A stretch of 64,000 nt of DNA, taken from assembly GCA_038087875.1 (NCBI GenBank), contig CM075979.1, forward strand, positions 58,900,001-58,964,000, written 5' to 3'. The position numbers and the translations under genes are program-made. The notes under the pieces were generated by a model. The model did not search any database, was not told the origin of the DNA, and saw only the letters and a program-made list of their open reading frames with translations. Positions within the stretch are counted from its first letter, which is position 1. Every line of letters starts with the position of its first letter. Below are positions 62,290 to 64,000 of this stretch, piece by piece. The stretch comes from Malacoraja senta. Its lineage: Eukaryota.

Positions 62290-62470
62290 TGAGGTCGCTA
62301 AAAAAGAACAAATTCTCTTTCTTCACGTTGGCCACTAATGGGCTAATAATTTCCAGGCGTCAGTGGAAATGTTACATTTCTTCACACAAGCTTTAAGAAC
62401 TTCCTTGAATCTTGTCTCAAAACTTCCTTCAATCTTTCGATAATGTTTGTTAAATAGCGACGGTGTGTTT
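62290..62470 (-). mobile_element. Ancient RTE-clade LINE remnant
   Basis: Antisense translates ETRFKEVLKACVKKCNISTDAWKLLAH*, like the RTE C-terminal motif KRFKDxLK..C.I....WE.LA. Confidence 0.55.
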
Positions 62471-63069
62471 CAATCCTAAATTAATTTCTGGTGATGAGAA
62501 TCATTTTTGTCTCAGTATATAAGTAAACTATAATTTGTCATAATTATCTTAATGAGGATTGTACATATTTCTTCGCTTCAAATAGTGTTCCAACCCTTCC
62601 TAATCTTACAACATTCGGATTGTTTAATCATTAATGAAATATAAATAAAGTAAATTACAACAGCCCAATTAATTGTCAAAGCAATCCCAACAATCAATGT
62701 TCATTGACCTGTAAATGTAATTAATTGCTGCCCTCTCTGTTGTTTTTTAGTATATGAATAATCTATTATGCAATTTGTGTCAATCAGATTCCCAATACAA
62801 CAACGAGGAAATGTACAATTACTATTGTAAGGTTTGCTCCAAGAGTAACAATCTGAACAAATAGACTTAAATTCCTGGCAGTTCTTTAACCAAATGAATG
62901 GCAGCAAGTTCAGGACTTGTGAAGTTAAAATTGAAGTAGGGTCATCACCTGAAGGAAAATTAAAAACAAACAGAAATTGGGATACATTTTCTGAAATAGG
63001 GTTTTGTTGTATTTGATTAAGCCTCTTGGATGTCATTTTGTTCTTTGACCATATCTATCTTCTATTCCC

Positions 63070-63400
63070 ATAGAGTCACTCATAAAGTCAATATCCCATG
63101 GAAACAGGCTCTTCGGCCCAATTTGCCCATGTTGATCAAGATGCCTCACCTGCGCTATTCCGACCTGCCCGCATTTGGCCCATAATCCCTCTCAACCTTT
63201 CCTATCCAAATGTCCAAATATTTTTTAAATGTTGTTATAGTATGTGCGTCAACTACCTCTTCTGGCAGTTCGTTCCATAAAATCTTTCCCTTCTTAAACC
63301 TACTCTGGGTAAAAGACTTTGCATTGATCTTACCTATTTTCCTCATGAATGTATACACCTCCATAGGATTACCAATCAGCCTTCTGCATTCAAGACTCAA
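63070..63400 (-). mobile_element. Diverged CR1 3' fragment
   Basis: ORF 63155-63424 WNELPEEVVDA..ITTFKKYLD. Confidence 0.75.
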
Positions 63401-63704
63401 AAAATATGCAATTAAAATCTTCAAACTGTTGACCAGTGCAACAAATTATTTACATTTCAGAATTTTATTCTTATAACGGAAAAGTAATCTTAATTGAAAG
63501 AATCCAATTTGACCGCTACTAAATAACGATCTAGTTTTATTTATGATTAATACAGGTATAGCTACCAGCAAATGTCAATTGATTGCAGAAATATTGTTGT
63601 TAAACTTGTCGATGACACAAAGAAGACTAAGTTATGAGCAGAACATAAGGAGTTCACGAAGAGATATTGATGGTTTAAAATGGAAAAAGGTATTATTTTT
63701 GAAA

Positions 63705-64000
63705 TATTTTTATTTTTTATTTTTTATTTTATTAGAAGTATTGTACATTACAGTAATCTGCAATAACGTTAGTTTATACTTTTCTTGTACCACTTCTTAT
63801 TTTAAACTTTAATAAGAGAAAAGGATAGAAAGAGTTAGTAAAGATAGTAAGTGAGTGATTGAAAGAGTGGTCCAGGAACACCCATATGGACCTAAACCAC
63901 AAGAAATAGTTTTTTTTTAAAGAAAAAGAAAAAGAGAAAAACCAAAAGGAGGAAAAAGAAAAAAGAAAACATAAGATAAGATAGGACAATATGAAAGGGA
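63705..64000 (-). mobile_element. L1-type 3' UTR and A-rich tail, running off the window
   Basis: T-rich tail then ATTAGAAGTA (reverse complement of TACTTCTAAT at ~36383); antisense pyrimidine-rich UTR like 36125-36300. Confidence 0.65.

Overview
Eukaryotic, AT-rich and transposon-dense DNA with no recognisable host protein-coding exon, so probably intronic or intergenic. The repeats (HE1/V-SINE-like tRNA SINEs, abundant CR1 LINEs with GAAACATA/GAGTCATA/CAATAGA-type tails, Rex1/Babar, Penelope-like elements) suggest a cartilaginous fish, probably a skate or ray (inference). Nearly all long ORFs are retroelement remnants or tandem-repeat artefacts. Main structures: (1) a hAT MITE (14094-22266) containing a near full-length CR1, which holds two Penelope insertions and a 2.46-kb non-autonomous Helitron built from two promoter-like modules each followed by its own tandem array; (2) a four-level nest (Penelope fragment > CR1 > L1 with a 36-bp TSD > L2-tailed non-coding retroposon) at 31680-37130; (3) a DIRS-type element with intact ITR/ICR architecture spanning a 200-N gap; (4) more than 12 short Penelope-derived insertions, most carrying a minimal hammerhead-ribozyme motif and several with clear TSDs; (5) GC-rich non-coding retroposons sharing a covarying 3' hairpin with Rex/Babar LINEs; (6) Harbinger-like MITEs, a solo LTR and an unclassified TIR element. 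Boundaries of old, degenerate repeats are approximate, and no database search was possible.
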